Part shown: positions 62,895 through 64,000 of the stretch, piece by piece
Position numbering within the stretch: position 1 is the stretch's first letter
Layout of the letters: the number at the start of each line of letters is the position of its first letter
Assembly (NCBI RefSeq): GCF_037042905.1
Contig: NC_087250.1
Coordinates: forward strand, 26,166,001-26,230,000
Direction of reading: 5' to 3'
DNA length: 64,000 nucleotides
From: Lytechinus pictus
Lineage: Eukaryota
The notes under the pieces: model-generated
Database searches by the model: none
Told to the model about the DNA's origin: nothing
Seen by the model: the letters and a program-made list of their open reading frames with translations, nothing else
Made by a program: the position numbers and the translations under genes

Positions 62895-62928
<34 letters not shown>

Positions 62929-63578
62929 AACATGTACATGTATATATGTATAACATGTACATGTATAACTTCACACATTTATATATATATACATATATAT
63001 ATATATAGCCATTCTGTTCATGGTTCCATTGCTTTTTATGTCTTGTTTTAGGTCTAAATCTAGGGGGAAAATCACCTCGCGTCTAATTCTCTAATATGAC
63101 GTTTCTTCTTTAAATAAAAAACGGACTTGAACTTTCCAGTTTTTAGATCTGAATTAAAAATAATAATAATCAGCTCGCGCTTCGCGCTCGCATTAATTGT
63201 TTGATTACATACTCATCCTGGTTATGATTTCAAAACGTGGTTAACATGTTCAGTTCTCAATAATACTCATATTGTACATGACAGAAAAAGTGCTTAGATT
63301 GTCCGAGTTTCGGGCGGAAAATTAGAATTTCTGTTCGCGCTTCATGCACGCTCGCATCATAAAGTTATGCTTATATATCCATCCAATTTATGGTTGAAAA
63401 TGTGATTCGAATATACATTTTTTAGTCCCAGATATTGAAAATGTACAACTCGCTCTCGCATTTTATTGATTGGTGAGATTTGTATTACATGTACATTCAT
63501 GAGTCACTGCAAAACGAATACTTTTGTAGGTGAGTATATTAAAAATTACTTCTGTGTTTCGCGCTCGCACGAATCTTA

Positions 63579-64000
63579 AGCCCCTTTCACAATTGACGTA
63601 CGACCATTTGCGACCTTTTGGTCGTGCGACAGGCTGCAACAGGCATCAATCGCTAGTCATCTCATAAGATCGCACAGAGGCTTTCACAGTTGCAACAGCT
63701 GTCGTACAACAAAAACAACCAGTAAACCCCATTGCACGAGTAAGTCGCATATGGTCTTATTGTGCTCGTGCGATCACATGCGAGTGTTGCACGAGGGATT
63801 GCGAGTGGAACGGTCGCATACATACGAATGAAATGGTAGTGCAATGATGTAAGCCGTTGCGATCGGTCTTGCAACAGTCTTATGGCCCATATTATTATCG
63901 CAACCAGTCGCAAGACAGGTCTCTGTACATGTAGGTCGCTTGCACATGTGCAAGTGTTGCACGACCTCCAGTCAAGTAAATGCGACTACTTAGTTGTGCC
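63579..64000. mobile_element. Left arm of a TIR element related to the small MITE at ~2876-2988 and ~42266-42378
   Basis: AGCCCCTTTCACAATTGACGTACGACCATTTGCGACC resembles GGGGCTTTCACAATTGCTCGTGTGATCGTTTGCGATC. Continues off the window. Confidence 0.5.

Overview
This is AT-rich, repeat-saturated eukaryotic DNA with no recognisable host protein-coding gene. The repeat style suggests an invertebrate deuterostome such as a sea urchin (inference only). The main contents are: (1) a very recent tandem duplication (1-6748 vs ~11414-19009) whose second copy alone carries an 840-bp TTAA-flanked piggyBac-like element; (2) a ~13-kb nest of elements (hAT-like MITE > Kolobok-like MITE > TIR element > decayed LINE plus a Penelope-type minimal hammerhead fragment); (3) an older ~2.4-3 kb tandem duplication; (4) a full-length decayed Gmr1-like Gypsy LTR retrotransposon with integrase before RT; (5) a nearly intact DIRS1-type tyrosine-recombinase retrotransposon with ITRs and ICR, a candidate -1 frameshift and a candidate in-frame intron linking ORF2 to YR; and (6) many MITEs, SINEs and L2 fragments. 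The most notable signal is a two-copy ~185-bp SINE whose head looks derived from the 7SL RNA Alu domain. All alignments were done by eye and no database was searched.
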